From positions 1,922,001 through 1,986,000 of the forward strand of contig JAYWIR010000030.1 of NCBI GenBank assembly GCA_036172245.1: 64,000 nt of DNA. Reading direction: 5' to 3'. Below, one piece after another: positions 13,101-26,458 of this stretch; the first letter of the stretch is position 1; the number at the start of each line of letters is the position of its first letter. The notes below the pieces were generated by a model. That model searched no databases and was not told the origin of the DNA. It saw only the letters and a list, made by a program, of their open reading frames with translations. A program made the position numbers and the translations under genes. Source of the stretch: Raillietiella orientalis. Lineage: Eukaryota.

Positions 13101-15004
13101 GAAAGGTGCGGTTGCCATTATACTGACAAAGTATACATTCTGAGAGAGTTTTCTCAAAATCAAATTGTCTCAAAATTCTCAACAAAAAGAGAATCAATTT
13201 CCATAGAATATGAAGAATCAAGAACAAAATTCTAATTTTCGATGTGCATACAAGGTGAACCCACCTTGACAATCATAGTATTCATCCTCAGATGAATCTG
13301 AATGTTGCTTAATACTGTCCATGCGCCAACTGGCCAACTGAATTGTGAGCATTTCTCGAGAACCAGAAACTGGAAAATGGAGATCAGGAACTATGATTCA
13401 AAGATTTTACAACAATTTGCTTAAAGTGATGAAATTCATTAATCACATAGGATAGACACAGGGAAAGACTCATAATTTAGTCAACCGAATTCCTCAAATG
13501 GAAAGCTGAGCATTTAACTCGAGTTTTTTTAATAATAAATTACCTGGAGTGTGTGGCATTGTTTGAGAAGCTCTTCGGGAATTTCCTCGTTTCCCATCAC
13601 ATGCCCACTGAATACTAGGCACACAAATAGCAGAGTCATGGCGATCCAGTATTGGAATCTGAAGACTTAGAGTGGCATCCTTGTTTGAACTATCGTGTTT
13701 CTTGGACCCAACAGCTACTAGTTCAGAATCTTCTTTAAGCACATCAGAAGATAATGTATCAGCTTGTAGTTCTCTATGTGACATTTTTTGGGAAAGTAAT
13801 TCCTGAGTCTGCTTCTCCAGTTTTCTAATGTCATCCATTGTCATACCATACCACTCATCCTGCCATGCCCAGGCTTGACGATGAGCACGCAGCATTGTTT
13901 TTCTAAGTGCTATAAAGAAATCATAGCTTCTTTCACAATTACTGACAAACTTACCAACATCATGGATAAACTTCTCTATTTTAGTTTGGAGACCCCAATA
14001 GCGAAACTCTACTTTACATAGTTTATATGCACACATGATAGCTCTATCATCTGGAAGGGGACCTGAACAGTCTGCACAAGAGACTGATAAATCTTGTATC
14101 CAAGTTTCAGATAAAGGCCCCCGTTTGGTACGTTTTGACTGATAGAATTTGGGATCTTCTTCTTGGAGATAGTCAGAACCAACTAATGGATCATTTACTA
14201 CATCAATAACATCTATGCATGCCCTTATTATAATGAAGACTCTCGAATTCCATACCAACTACTCTATTCTTCAGCTCTTCATCTTGAAGATGAAATACAT
14301 TTTCTTGGTGTCCTGCATCATTAAAATACAGGGTTTCAATCTCCAGGAAAAACTTTTCTACAAATGGACTAGTAAAGCGGGTTTTAGTGTAAGGATATGC
14401 ATTCCAGGCTTCTTCTTCAACAGTTAATGCAGATTTCGGTAATAGTGTTTTTAACCAGCCTGATAATAAACATTAAACTGATATGATTTACATTGAAAAG
14501 ATGACTTACTTGGTAAATGATATCCTACGTGGTAAATTTTATGTGTGTATTGACCAACTCCACCAGGTCCAGGTCCATTTTGATAAGGCTCGTTTAACAA
14601 AATTTCTACACCATTTCCTATTCCTTTGCTTTCATTCTTACTTTTTTTCTGAAAAAATGTAGCATTTATCATAGAAATTTTTGCACAGAAAACCTATAAA
14701 TTGTAATGCATGATACATGCATCAGAAACTTTAACAGAGTATTATATAAAAGATGCACACAGACACATGTTTATATACATATGCATATGCATCACATAAT
14801 TTTATGTGAATAGGAAAAGAATTGCGAGTATACTTTCTAATAAGTAACACAGTAAAATATGCTTGGAAAACAATGAAAGTATACATCAAAAATAATTTAG
14901 TAGAAATATTTCAATGTTCAGCTTACAGCTATCATGTAAAGTTGGGCAATTCTGTATTCTTCAACTGTTAGAGGCAGTGGTATACGATACTCTTTAATTA
15001 ACAT
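10104..15004 (-). CDS. rdgB: Retinal degeneration B / membrane-associated phosphatidylinositol transfer protein (PITPNM/Nir family), ~1157 aa, 18 coding exons
   Basis: Exons 15004-14927, 14648-14510, 14459-14256, 14212-13955, 13909-13544, 13369-13265, 13090-13007, 12962-12792, 12746-12363, 12316-12266, 12223-12172, 11969-11863, 11816-11646, 11597-11439, 11387-11134, 11091-10829, 10788-10183, 10125-10104 join into one frame (3474 nt), all GT-AG. PITP domain ([55 protein letters not shown]), FFAT motif (EDEYYDCQE), DDHD domain ([28 protein letters not shown]) and LNS2 domain ([20 protein letters not shown]). The last intron/exon is least certain. Confidence 0.96.
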
Positions 15005-18000
15005 CAGAAGACCACAGTATGTTAATCAGGATGTATCCAAAACCTCTGTCATTAAGAGATCTAAAATTCATCTGAAATCCACTAGAATAATGAGCAAGGT
15101 AATAGCAAATGTACTTTACGATTTTTTCCCCATCATCCATTGATCCATGGATGGTACCAAAGTTTATCCAGCAAAAGTATTCTGCAAAAGTATACCTGCT
15201 AGAATGTCTTAATGGCTCCATTGGTGAGTCAGAAGTTCATTCTGGGTAAAATATGGAAAAATTATTTTTGAATTTTGGCATTATAATTTCATAATAAATT
15301 TTAACTTGGTTTATGTGTTTACACCCTGAAATATACCTCTTTCCCTTCCCAAGCATTATAAAGACATGAGTAAATAGATATCATGTGATGAATAGCAGAG
15401 GTGCATCAGTACCTTGCTTGTTCAGTATTGCTAATAGCAGTTGTTTATCCTGTTATGAACCTGAACAGATGGCACAAACAGAAGTTGGGAGAGCATGCAT
15501 TTAAAAATCAATTCCATATTTGGAATGTTACTTTGGCATGTAATTCTGTTGACACACTTTTATGTGACTCAGTAAAATAAGTTATTTAATTACTTCACCA
15601 CCCATTATCTCACCAAATGCTCATCACCAGTCTCCCAGAATTCATATAAAACTGTAAACAAGAGTCAAATTATCCTAGTCTTTATTTTCAGTATTTTTAA
15701 TTTCATGTTTGTACGTTTCTCCTTCCTACAATTGAATTTAATTATTTGAGGAACAAATAATTTTTAATCCTTTCGTAATATTCATTAAAATGTTTAATAA
15801 ATATCCTTCAATGACAAAATATGAGAAATCATTTTATATAGGAAGTAAATTTCAAACACTTATTCGATATTGCATGTATCTTCAATTACAGAATGCAACT
15901 GTCAATGGTCTGATAATTACTAAAGGATTCAATCCAAAAGCTATGCGTAAAATGATGTCTGCATAAAAAATTTATCCTGAAACAGTTTATTAAAGTTGAT
16001 AAAAGTATTATCCAAATAAACTATGTGAAATCTTAAACGCATTGTTGGTAACTTTCCTCATCACAAATTGGGCACCTAAAAGACTAATAGGCAACTCTCA
16101 ATTTGCTAGGATTATTGTTGTTTACAAAACTCATCATGCTGCATCAGTCGATTGGTTCAATATTTGTACTTCATTTGTCTTTTTCTTTTTTTGACTTAAT
16201 GAATGATGCACATCAATGATCATCTGTTGATTCGGGTACAGACGACATCTGCCACAGAAGAAGGAGAGAGAGAAACAGCTCAACTTTTGAACTGCATCAC
16301 TGGTGCAGTTCCAACCTCGAATAAAAACCATGGTGGCCAAAGTAACCGCATTTGTTTAGAAATAAAGTGCATAAACAAAGTGCAGAATAACAGCATGCAT
16401 AAATACTTCACTCGCCATAAATAATGTAAATGAAAACACTGAATATAGTAAACACGCAAATTCTTTAATGTTGAAGTACGATAATTATTTTTACAGGTGG
16501 TGATAATATGATGAATGAAACAAGCATGTTTTATGCAAAAGATAAGAAACTTTAAAACAACAAAAACGCGCAACTGCAGCCAACTTCTTAAGATAGTTTC
16601 CAGACCGCATTTCCACAGGTGTCTAAGAAAATAATCAAAGAGGGATTGCGGACGGTTTTCGCGAGCGTGCCTTGTAATTGCTCAGAGATACAGAAAACAT
16701 TTTTATTTTTACTTCTTACTTTGATTGCCCATAGAGGTCTTTGCTAAAAGGCGACAGAATAGTATATAAATACAAAAGAACAATCAGGACATAGTTTATG
16801 GCAGAATTCGCCACGTGAACAGCGACAACAAAAAAGGAAAAAAACAGAAAGGCAGAATCGAGGTCTTCAATATTTTCTTCCAATCTTTTCCATTTACGTA
16901 TTAATTTCATGTTTTCCATATTTTTCACTACGGCATTCACCTAAACAGTATGGCTGTGGCATAGAAACAAACAAATCCATTCAAAGAAACGAAAAGTTAA
17001 TTGCTATGATGCCGAATTCATACGAAAACTGATATTCGAACATTTAATTGTTAATTTGCTCAGATAAACACAAATATTCCTACACACCCAGTAGGGGATT
17101 CCGTAGTAAATTTAGCGTTAAAAAGAAAATCCAGGAATTTCTAGACGGAATTCTAAAAGGAATCAATCATTTCGAAAGCAAAATAACCTACCATTATGTC
17201 AATGACCTGGATCGTGAATAAATTCAATTCTCCACAATAAAGAAAAAAAAAAAAGATCAGCAATCAAGGTGGTGATTAAACTATAAAACTGCTACATCTC
17301 CAAGAAAATGAGAATTGATGCGATTTGGAAAATGAATAAATTGCACGATCAAGGTATTTTGATATTAGAAACCTTTCGAACAAATCTGACGCATCAGTTT
17401 AACTGATGTTTACATGGCTTGCCATATGGTCTTCATATCATAAAGGTACTCTAGGTATGCTAGTTCATGATGAGAAACTTTGTAGAGTTAATGCTGCAGT
17501 TTTAGAGACGGAAACATCATTACGATGAAGAAGAGCTCAATTTTGATCATTTTGAAACAATCTGTTTATTTTACGTAAACGTCATTGACAATGTGTACAA
17601 AAGTTCACTGATTTCTTTCATTAATTTACTATAGCTGAATTAATAAAGCTACGCCAGAATTTATTCATAACAAGCTATGTCAGCATCCGAGTGAGGCTGG
17701 AAATCTTACCACAAATCAAGTGGTTATTAGTGGTACGTTTTTGCTCTTTCGCAAGCTGCAGTATTGCCATAGACTTGGATTTGGGCAATAAGCTACTACC
17801 CTTCTGATCATTCGTATTAAAAATAAGTCATTATTGGTAGAAAAAAAAAAAAAAATGGTTCACGCATGCATGTTTTTCAAAATGGCATGAACAGTGATAC
17901 CCATTTTTCAAAAAAGCAAACGTTCCTTCCAATATTGCAAAAATGATGGCTTTGCGAACCTGGTGCAAATCAAGAACTTGTATTTACTTTAGCTGTCAAG

Positions 18001-21000
18001 TGATTTGACATTCGTAAAATATATATCTTTGGAGTTCCTTGATTTAAAATCAGTTCCGAGAGACCAATCAAAAATGCATAGAAAATTCTTTTCAAACTCC
18101 AAAACTGAATCGATGAACGAAAACGGTTCAATTAGAAGAACGCTTTTTTTTCTTCTTTATCTTCTGTGCATTTGCCGCAGACGCTGCAAAACAAATGAAC
18201 TCAGCACATTTTCCGATTGCTTTTGCGTGTCACTGTAATAAAATGTGATAGGCGAACGTGTTTTTTCGCTACTTCCTAGAACTCGGCGCCACGCGCACTC
18301 TGGGCAAGCAAAGAAAAATGCCCCTTCCGTTGCAAATATTTGTTTGTAGTTTCTCGAATCAGAGCTCCAAAAACTTACCAATTCTATAAAAAAAATATTT
18401 ATGCTCAAACGCATGTCCCAAGATCTTAATAGCTCGTGTTACACCAGCTTCACTGCTTTCCTTCTGCCAGATCGAAAGCAAACAGTCTTCACATTCCTTC
18501 CAGGATAGGGAGCGAAACCCTTTGCTTGCCTCAGCAAAGGGTTCGGTTGCTTATCTGCAGCTTCCGAACTGCGTACAAACAAAAAGTTTCTCCTTCTTTC
18601 GCATCTGTGGTTTCGGCATCTGCGTGTCGTCGATGTTCACACTTAGATATGTGCATGTTTTGTTTTGCTTTCGTTTTCGTTTCCTGAAGTAGTCAGTAAT
18701 GGCCCCATGAAGGGATGTATATTCAACAAATAATACCTGCGGATCAATTCACAGATTTCTTCTTTGCTGTTGTCATTAAGTGCATGCTTCTTTCACTGTG
18801 GCACGTCGACCCAACCACAAATATTCAGAGCCACTTTTTTCTTCAGTCCTTTCTTCTTACAATGTTGAATGATTTTCTCCTTTTTTTTTTTTTTCTTTTT
18901 AAGCCTTCCTTCTTTTCTTTCGAGTTGCCTTGGCTTTTTTCATCGGTTTTTTCTTACTGCGATCATTGCAGGTTCCTCTTCGCAGTTTTACCTTCTTTTT
19001 TTTTTGTGATGCCACTGGTTCCATGCTCTCCTGACTTCCCGGTATCTCCCGGCGCGGTTTTCTGGCACAGATCTTCCCACTTGGGACCGACCACCTGAGC
19101 GATCGAGACGCCCGCGTGCTGCCGCCACACCACGTTTCCTTCGCTTTCGAGCAGCCCCGCGATGAGCTACGGGAACACGAGGGGATACCGACTTGGTGAG
19201 ACGGTTGGGGTCACCATCGATCGCGGAAGCGGCGCGAAGCGAGCAGCACGCGAGGCGCACGCGCGCTTTTTCGTGCTGACGCTACAGCGAAAGGCCGCTG
19301 GCCCTTCGTGGCGCGCCCAGCGAGGACGCCCGGTCGGACGGGTTCCATCGGGACGAGGTCTCAGTGCCCCGTCGTGCAGGGCGGAAGAAAGAGATTTTTT
19401 CTCCCGGCCCGTCTCAGAGGCAGGGATTGTGGGCGCTGTTTGCGAGAGCAGCAGAGACAGCACCGCGCTCAAGAACCAACGGGTTCACCGTCGGCGAAAG
19501 CGTGTTGTTTCCGTCTTGGAAGGGGTGGGTGGGGGCAGCGGGGAGGAAGGAGGGAGGATTCCACTCTGACTAGGCTGGAAGGAGGCTGGACTTCCTGGAG
19601 AAGGGGGATGGGGAGTGGGGTGGGGGGTGGAAGAACCGCTTGGAGAAATTCCGGGCGGCCAATCAGGGGAGGGACTTGCTCTCGTGGGGCATCGGCCATC
19701 CGTAGGAGCACGTGACTGGGGATTTGCGGGGCCGTCCACGTAACCGGGACTCGCTCTCTGCTCCCGTCCCCCTCCAGAAGGCCTGGCTTCGTTCTCCCTC
19801 CCGTCTTCTGTTCCTCGGTGCACAGGATTCTGGACCTCCTCCCCCACCACCACCACACACACGTACACTCCATCCCTCCGCGATCCCTCTGAGTCCCAAG
19901 GGGTTTCCTACGCCTCAGGGTTTTCTCTCCCCCTTCGCCCGTCCCGATCCTAGAGGACGACCAGACACACCGAGCCTTCTTACCGGAGCTCCGCGAGGAA
20001 GGAGGCGGTGGGCGCGCGCAAGAAAGGCTGCTGCTGGCTGCTGCTTCCACGTCTCCTCACCGGCTTAGGGCAGATCGCAGCGTCTCGGGCCGACCTGCGC
20101 TGCGGCTTTCCCGCGATTCGCCCGCCGCGCGTCGTATCGGGATGACGATCTCCGTCCTGCTCTCCCTCTCTCTCCGCCTTCCCCCTTCCCGCTTCGCTTC
20201 CACGTCTCCCGCGAGACACGATTTCCTTTCTCCCCTCACACACCCCGCGCTTCTCCTTTCCTGGTTCCCGATCTCCGCTGATTCGCCAGCCTGAGATGGG
20301 CTGGTCCCCGTGGGGGGTCTGGCAGAAGCGGAGCGATCCATCCTCTTCCGGCTCAGGGGGACAGAGAGGGTAGGGAGGAGGATGAAAAGAGGAGCAAAGA
20401 GGAAGCGGGAGCTAACGATGCGAGTTTCCATGAGCTCCCCGAGGACGGAAGCGTGCTCCTGCCTGCAGAGAAGGGTGATATCACGTTGTCCCTCCTTCCC
20501 CCTCCCTTCCTCTTTGGCAGAAGCACTGTCCGTTCCGCCGAGATGGAGGCTCGTTTCCCAGGGAAACGAGCTCGCTCTTTTCCGGAGGGCGATTCTGTCT
20601 CTCTCTTCCGCCGCCGTCGCGTGGATGCGGGAGAAGTCTCTCCTCGCGAGATGCCCCCGCAGTGCGGTGGACTCCTCTCCTCTGCTGAAGAAGTCACGGA
20701 GACTTCCTCCCTCGCGGAAGAAAAGGGAATCTGGGGTCCCCCATGTAGCTCTTCCATGCGGAACTCCCAGTTTTCATCATCACCTCCTCCTTTGTCCTCA
20801 AGACTCCGATGGCCTTGGCCCCTGGGAAAGGTCCCGGGAAACGCAAAGTCCTTCCTCCCCAAAGGACCTTCCGAGAACCTAGCCCCTTACTGGCAGCCAC
20901 GGAGAGGGTGATTCTCGGTCCTTGAGGAGTTCCTGTAGTGATTTTTTCCCGTGACTCCTGGAGGCTGCAGTGACGCTCCTGAGCGGAGGAGGAGCGCTCT

Positions 21001-21415
21001 TCACGCGCTACAGCGTGGTCTTCCTCGGACGCGCGACGCAGGCGTTCCCCTCCCCTTCTCCTCCTCCTCTGACCATCAGCAGGAGGATCTTCCCTGCCTC
21101 TCCTTTGTTTGACGGGAAGCAGGGAAGCAGCGAGAGGGACACTCCCTCTCTAAGCTGTAGCCACGACGACACCCAGGGGCTCCCTCTTGTGGTCATTCCC
21201 TCCGCTCTTCAATCGTCATCTTCTGGAGAGAGGAAGGAACTTTTCCGACTTCTCATTTCCTGAAGCTTCCTCAAGGTGACCTCACGCAGCGCGGGAGCAA
21301 AAGCGTCATAATAGCTGCTGTGGATCACATGAAGAGCTCAAGGGCTGCACAGAGGAAGCAGATGAGAAGGAGCTGGGCTGTGGACCTCGGTCCACAGCCT
21401 ATTCGTTATCAATTC

Positions 21416-24400
21416 CTCCAATTCGCCTCAGTTGCCGCCGTCTCCTTTCTCCGTCCTCGCTCGAGATGAACCGGCCAGCAGCCAGGCATGCTCCCTCTGT
21501 CTTCCATCCTCTCCTGGTAGCACCCGGGAATCAAGCTGAGCTTTTGGGGGCTCTGCAACAAAACGCATGTGACTCCCAGTCTCGTTCTTTGCTTCCCAGC
21601 GGATCCCCGGGGAGGCGAGCGTTCCCCCAGTCGACGTGCCGGGAGCGCAGGACAGTAGGGAGTCTTGGAGCACCGTGTGGGATCCAAAAGCTCGCTGAGG
21701 AGGAAACGGGGACGGAGAGAGGTGGAGACGACCATTAGCTTCCCTTCCAAACCTCTTTACCCCGCTGCGCTGCTGTGGTCTCCTCATCCACAGAGGTCGA
21801 CTCCTAGCGCTACCGCGACTGGTCTCCCTGAAACCAGTTAATGCTGACTCTGGAACCATGCAGAGCTCGATCCAGAGTCAGCATCAGCGATGCTGATCTC
21901 AAGCTCCTACCGTCGAGGGGGGGTTTCCCTTCCCTTAACGAGGGAACGAATGGAAGTACCCGTGCACCCTCCTCCCAGATGGCAGAGGACCCTCTCCTCG
22001 CTCGATCGCTTATAGGGACTCCTTCCAGGGATCGAAAACCCTAACGATAGACTGTTGAGGATCACCTACAACCTCCCGGAAGTGTTGGTCAAGATCACCG
22101 TGCTCGGGATGAGGATCTCTCCTCCAACGACCTACTGAGCGCCAGGAAGAGAGGACCGCGCTTTCTGATGACGACACACCTTTCCTCGGGGCAGTCCAAA
22201 TCCTGCTCTCAGCACTGCGACCATCAGGTGGTGCCGCTGTCAACTGTGCACCGGTACAAAGCCATGGGCTACTCTTCCGAGGTTGTGCACGGAACCTCCG
22301 ATCCTCTCGACGCAAGTAGGTGCTCACTTGGTCCACGGAGCTGCGTTTTCGAGTCAGACGGTCTCGTTCCCGGAGAGCGCAGCGCGGGAAGTGATTGCTG
22401 GCCGTTAGCAGGGAAACTCTGATTGAACGCGAGGGGCGGCCGAAACGTCTCCTTCCTTAGAAGCGTCAAAAGTCGCCTCTGAGAAGCGTCTGTTCTCAGA
22501 AAGGATAATCCCAAAAGAAATTCCTTGGAGATCAGCCTTTTTTCCCCCCCTTTTATTCCTCTTCTTTCTGTGGAAGGCAACCCGGAGAAGCAGCTCCAGT
22601 GGCAGCCTTCTTGGAGCGAGGAGATCGCTCCAAGGAGACCGCTCAAAGACTTCGTTTTGGTTGCTAAGACACTGCCTTGCAAGCGGGTACGACCCAGGAT
22701 CACTGCTTCCGGTGGGTCCAGGGAAGCTCAGCAGCGGTGTCACACGCTGAGTGAGTACCTTAGCGGCTAAGGAGGATGACGTATTCCTGCAGCTTTGAAC
22801 CTTAGAAACATCTTTTGCGGATACACTTTCCAGTGACAGAAATGCCATCGGAAGTGAGCCGACCGGTCACGGTTAAGTCGTCTCGTCTTCTCTCTCTTCT
22901 TCCCAAGTGCCTCTGGATCTACATCTTTCTTCAGGAGCGCGATAAAGACTCGAATCGATGAAGAGAATTTGATGCTTTGGTTCGGCTTACCCTTCCCGTG
23001 CTTCCTCTGAGGAGCGCGATGGTAAAAACCATCCATGAAGGAGTCCGGGAGGGCTCTTCTCTTCGTGAGCAGCGCCCGTGCGCAGACCGGACTGGAGGAA
23101 GCAGTGGCAAGTGTGATGGGAGGTCTTCTCGCTTCATTTGCCGTTTAATAAATGAAGAGTGGACCTCATGATACAGAGCCGCCCCGAGGCCACTGAGTCT
23201 CGCCGTAATTCCGTACTTGAGATGAACCGGCTGCAAGCTGCCCTCCTCCGCCAGATCCGGTTCTTTCTACGCCTTTACGGTGTGGAAAAATCCTCGAAAG
23301 CCTCACGGCCTTCGGAAGATCTTCGTCTCCGCCCTTCGTTCGTTGTTCACTCCTCGGCCGCACCCCGGGGCTTAAGCCGACCATTCCCGAACACCTAAAC
23401 GCACTCCTCGCTCTCAGAGGTCGACTGGTCTTCCTAGAAGCAGCTGCTTGTTCTGCTCGCGAAGACCACCCACCAGGTGTGACCTATCGAATGACGTGAC
23501 CAGGAGAGGAGCAGGCAAAACGAAGGGCTCCAAGCATTCGAACGTTAGAACGTAGATGATCTCCTAAGCAAAGGTCGAGGTGTGCAGGTTTCATGACCGT
23601 AGCCCGCAGCCGTAGGATGCGGTTCGCTAGAGGCCGCGGGAAAGCTTGGAGAGGTGAAGATGCCGGTGAGGCTAAGCGACAGCAAAGTGTCTAAAAGACC
23701 TATCTGAGAGTTGGATCCAAAGAATTCAGGCAAAAGACGGATTCCATCGTGGTGGCGTTTCAGCCGCAAAACGCGGAGGTCGTTAGGGGCATCCTGAGAC
23801 TTCCGATGCTGAACCCAAGGAATCCCAGCTGCAAACCAGACTGTTAAAAAAAAAAAAAAACTCACCTCGATAAGGAACAACACCCTCCCTGAACACCGGT
23901 TGCGAACCAGTCTTCTGTAAACAGTGATAAAGATAACAAGTCGGAGACGCGGCGACAGCAGCGAACCACCTCGCGCCAGAAGACGCGGCTATGATTGGAA
24001 GCCTCAGGAGACCGAGAGTCAGAATGACTCTCGCAAGAGACGAAATCGATTCTTTCTGACGAGTCGCTTGACAGGAGTAGACTATTTCCTTCCGGTAGGA
24101 AATGATTTTTGCATTTCCGATGTGCGTAGGTGTGAGGAACTTGAGAGGGAAGAGCGCAGAAAATGAGGTCAGGGATGTCTCCAGAAAACATGCCAAAAGT
24201 ACACCTTTGTTGCTGGAAAAGGAGGCTAAGCTACGTCCGTGTGTCCTCGACATGGAAGATTCTCGATATCACATCGATCCTGTGCATCCCATCTTTTGAA
24301 ACGTGTTGAAAGTTATCACTCAGCACCTCATGTTCTTTTGCATTGCATTCAGCATCCAGTGTTTACGGTGTCGGCATGATTTGCATCATGCCGACACTGT

Positions 24401-26458
24401 AAACCGATGTGGGTCGGTGTGAACACCTACGCCCATCGGAAATGCAAAAATCATTTCCTACCGGAAGGAAATAGTCTACTCCTGTCAAGCGACTCGTCAG
24501 AAAGAATCGATTTCGTCTCTTGCGAGAGTCATTCTGACTCTCGGTCTCCTGAGGCTTCCAATCATAGCCGCGTCTTCTGGCGCGAGGTGGTTCGCTGCTG
24601 TCGCCGCGTCTCCGACTTGTTCATCTTTATCACTGTTTACAGAAGACTGGTTCGCAACCGGTGTTCAGGGAGGGTGTTGTTCCTTGTCGAGGTGAGTTTT
24701 TTTTTTTTTTAACAGTCTGGTTTGCAGCTGGGATCCCTTGGGTTCAGCATCGGAAGTCTCCGGATGCCCCGAACGACCTCCGTGTTTGGAACACAAGAGT
24801 AAACGCACAGTGCTCCATATCACTCAATTCTAGCTCCGCTACTTGTGTTGAGCAAAGCAGCTTCAATGGATGCGAGGGCGATGAGCACAGCACAATCTTT
24901 ATTGTTTGTACATCGAGGAACGACAGTCACAAATCCCCAAATCACAATGTCCTTCGAGATTAAGGATAGGTGCTGTATTCATCTCTGCAGCTTTCTCCCA
25001 GAGGAGGTGCAGCTGGCATTTCTAGATGACCCAGAGCTTGAAAGTGAAAACGGAAGATTCTGCTTGCCCTTCGTCTTGACTTGTACTGAGTGCGAGGTGA
25101 GTTCTTGTGACCCACTGCGGTTGCTCCCCGCGAGCTCGTTAGAATCTGAGGTGCCTGTTGCCAAGATCTCATTCGAGAAAAGTGCACCGAGCATCCACTG
25201 ACACTTTTCCCAAGCTGGAGGAGGTTCCTCAAGAAGTCTCATTCCTAGGAATTAAAACGGTAGCGTGCCCCGATAGATATGTCAGCTTTGATGAGTTCCC
25301 GAGAGCTCTGCAGTAGTAAATAAAGCCTTAGAAGGAACTGGAAGCGTGCTTGGAGAAATAGGTCCCGGAGGTGGATATCGTGGGTGTTTGGATGCCCATG
25401 AATGAAAACAAGTCTTCATAGCAGTGCCCCTCCGCAGTCCTTTGCAGGGATTCCCGCTAGACTCCCAAGCGCTGCTCTCAGGAGATGCCTCCGTTTCGGC
25501 GATGGACGGCAATGGACTCTTGAGAATGTCTTCGGAGTGAACAGAGACGGATAGCCGCTTCCATCTACCGTTCAACGCCTGGTACGACTCCAATCGGAGG
25601 AAGAGAGCCACAACACTCTGAGGTCATGCAGCAAGAACCAGGGCTCCGACCAGACCTTGTATGAAGGAAGGCCCACTGCCCAGAAATCTGAGTTCTGAGG
25701 CACATTTGCATCTGTGCAGCTCTTTAAACGAGTTCCTGCGGGCACTGAAAGAAGTTTCTTGCCCTTTCTCTTCTGCTTTCATATGGCAACCACAGCATCT
25801 CTCTCTCTCTTGTTTTTTGTTTTTTATCGTTTTTTTTTCCCGAGTAGGACTAACCACACTGACCTCGAATTCGCTGGTGATCCCCTGCGTCACCAGAAAC
25901 ACCCGATACGGATTGATGGCCAGTCGGCTATCAAGGATGAGAGAGAGCAAAGCCTATCTGGACTGATGAATTTCCGGAAGGAGACAGCCGAGGGAGGAAA
26001 TCGTACATAGGAAGTTTTGCCCAAACACTCGATCAAGCGCGGATGATGCGCGCACCGTTCTTCTTAAAAAGACCCAATTCGATCTTCGGCAGAGTGCAGA
26101 CACCTCTCTGAAGTGTGCTGCGAGAAACACAACTCCTGCGTTTTCATGGCAGAAAGATAGCGCTTATCTGGATGTCTGCTGCTACTCTTGGCATCGTGTC
26201 ACCATGGAATTTTTTTCGCACCTCTCTCACAGATCGCTCTTAAGCAGAGACAAAGCCACATCTACAGGGCATCGCACCGAAAGGCGACTCGACCAAGGTG
26301 AAGAGAATGAAAGATAAGCGAGCAGGCAGGCAGGACGGATGGAGAGGACCGCTTCCCTGGCGAATCTTTCTCGGTTTCCCTATCTAGGGAAATAAAGAAT
26401 TTCAAAATTATCAGTAGAATAAAGGAGTCGCCGCACTTCCATAAATTATGATGCCACA
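21416..26458 (+). mobile_element. Inner near-full-length decayed L1/Tx1-like LINE flanked by a 15-bp TSD
   Basis: ATTCGTTATCAATTC at 21401-21415 and 26459-26473. Ordered motifs: ORF1 GIENPNDRLLRI (~22030) plus a broken CCHC; APE IYIFLQE (~22915) and DGR..YRAAP (~23115-23186); RT ISFEKSAPSIH (~25165) and PLQGFPLDS (~25440); C-terminal ECRHLSEVC (~26092); AATAAA at 26391 and 26418. Confidence 0.7.
23769..24787. repeat. Inverted duplication: 365-bp arms 23769-24133 and 24423-24787
   Basis: The arms are reverse complements with about 6 substitutions and 1-2 single-base indels by eye. The 289-bp spacer contains a 20-bp-stem palindrome at 24361-24404. Confidence 0.97.
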
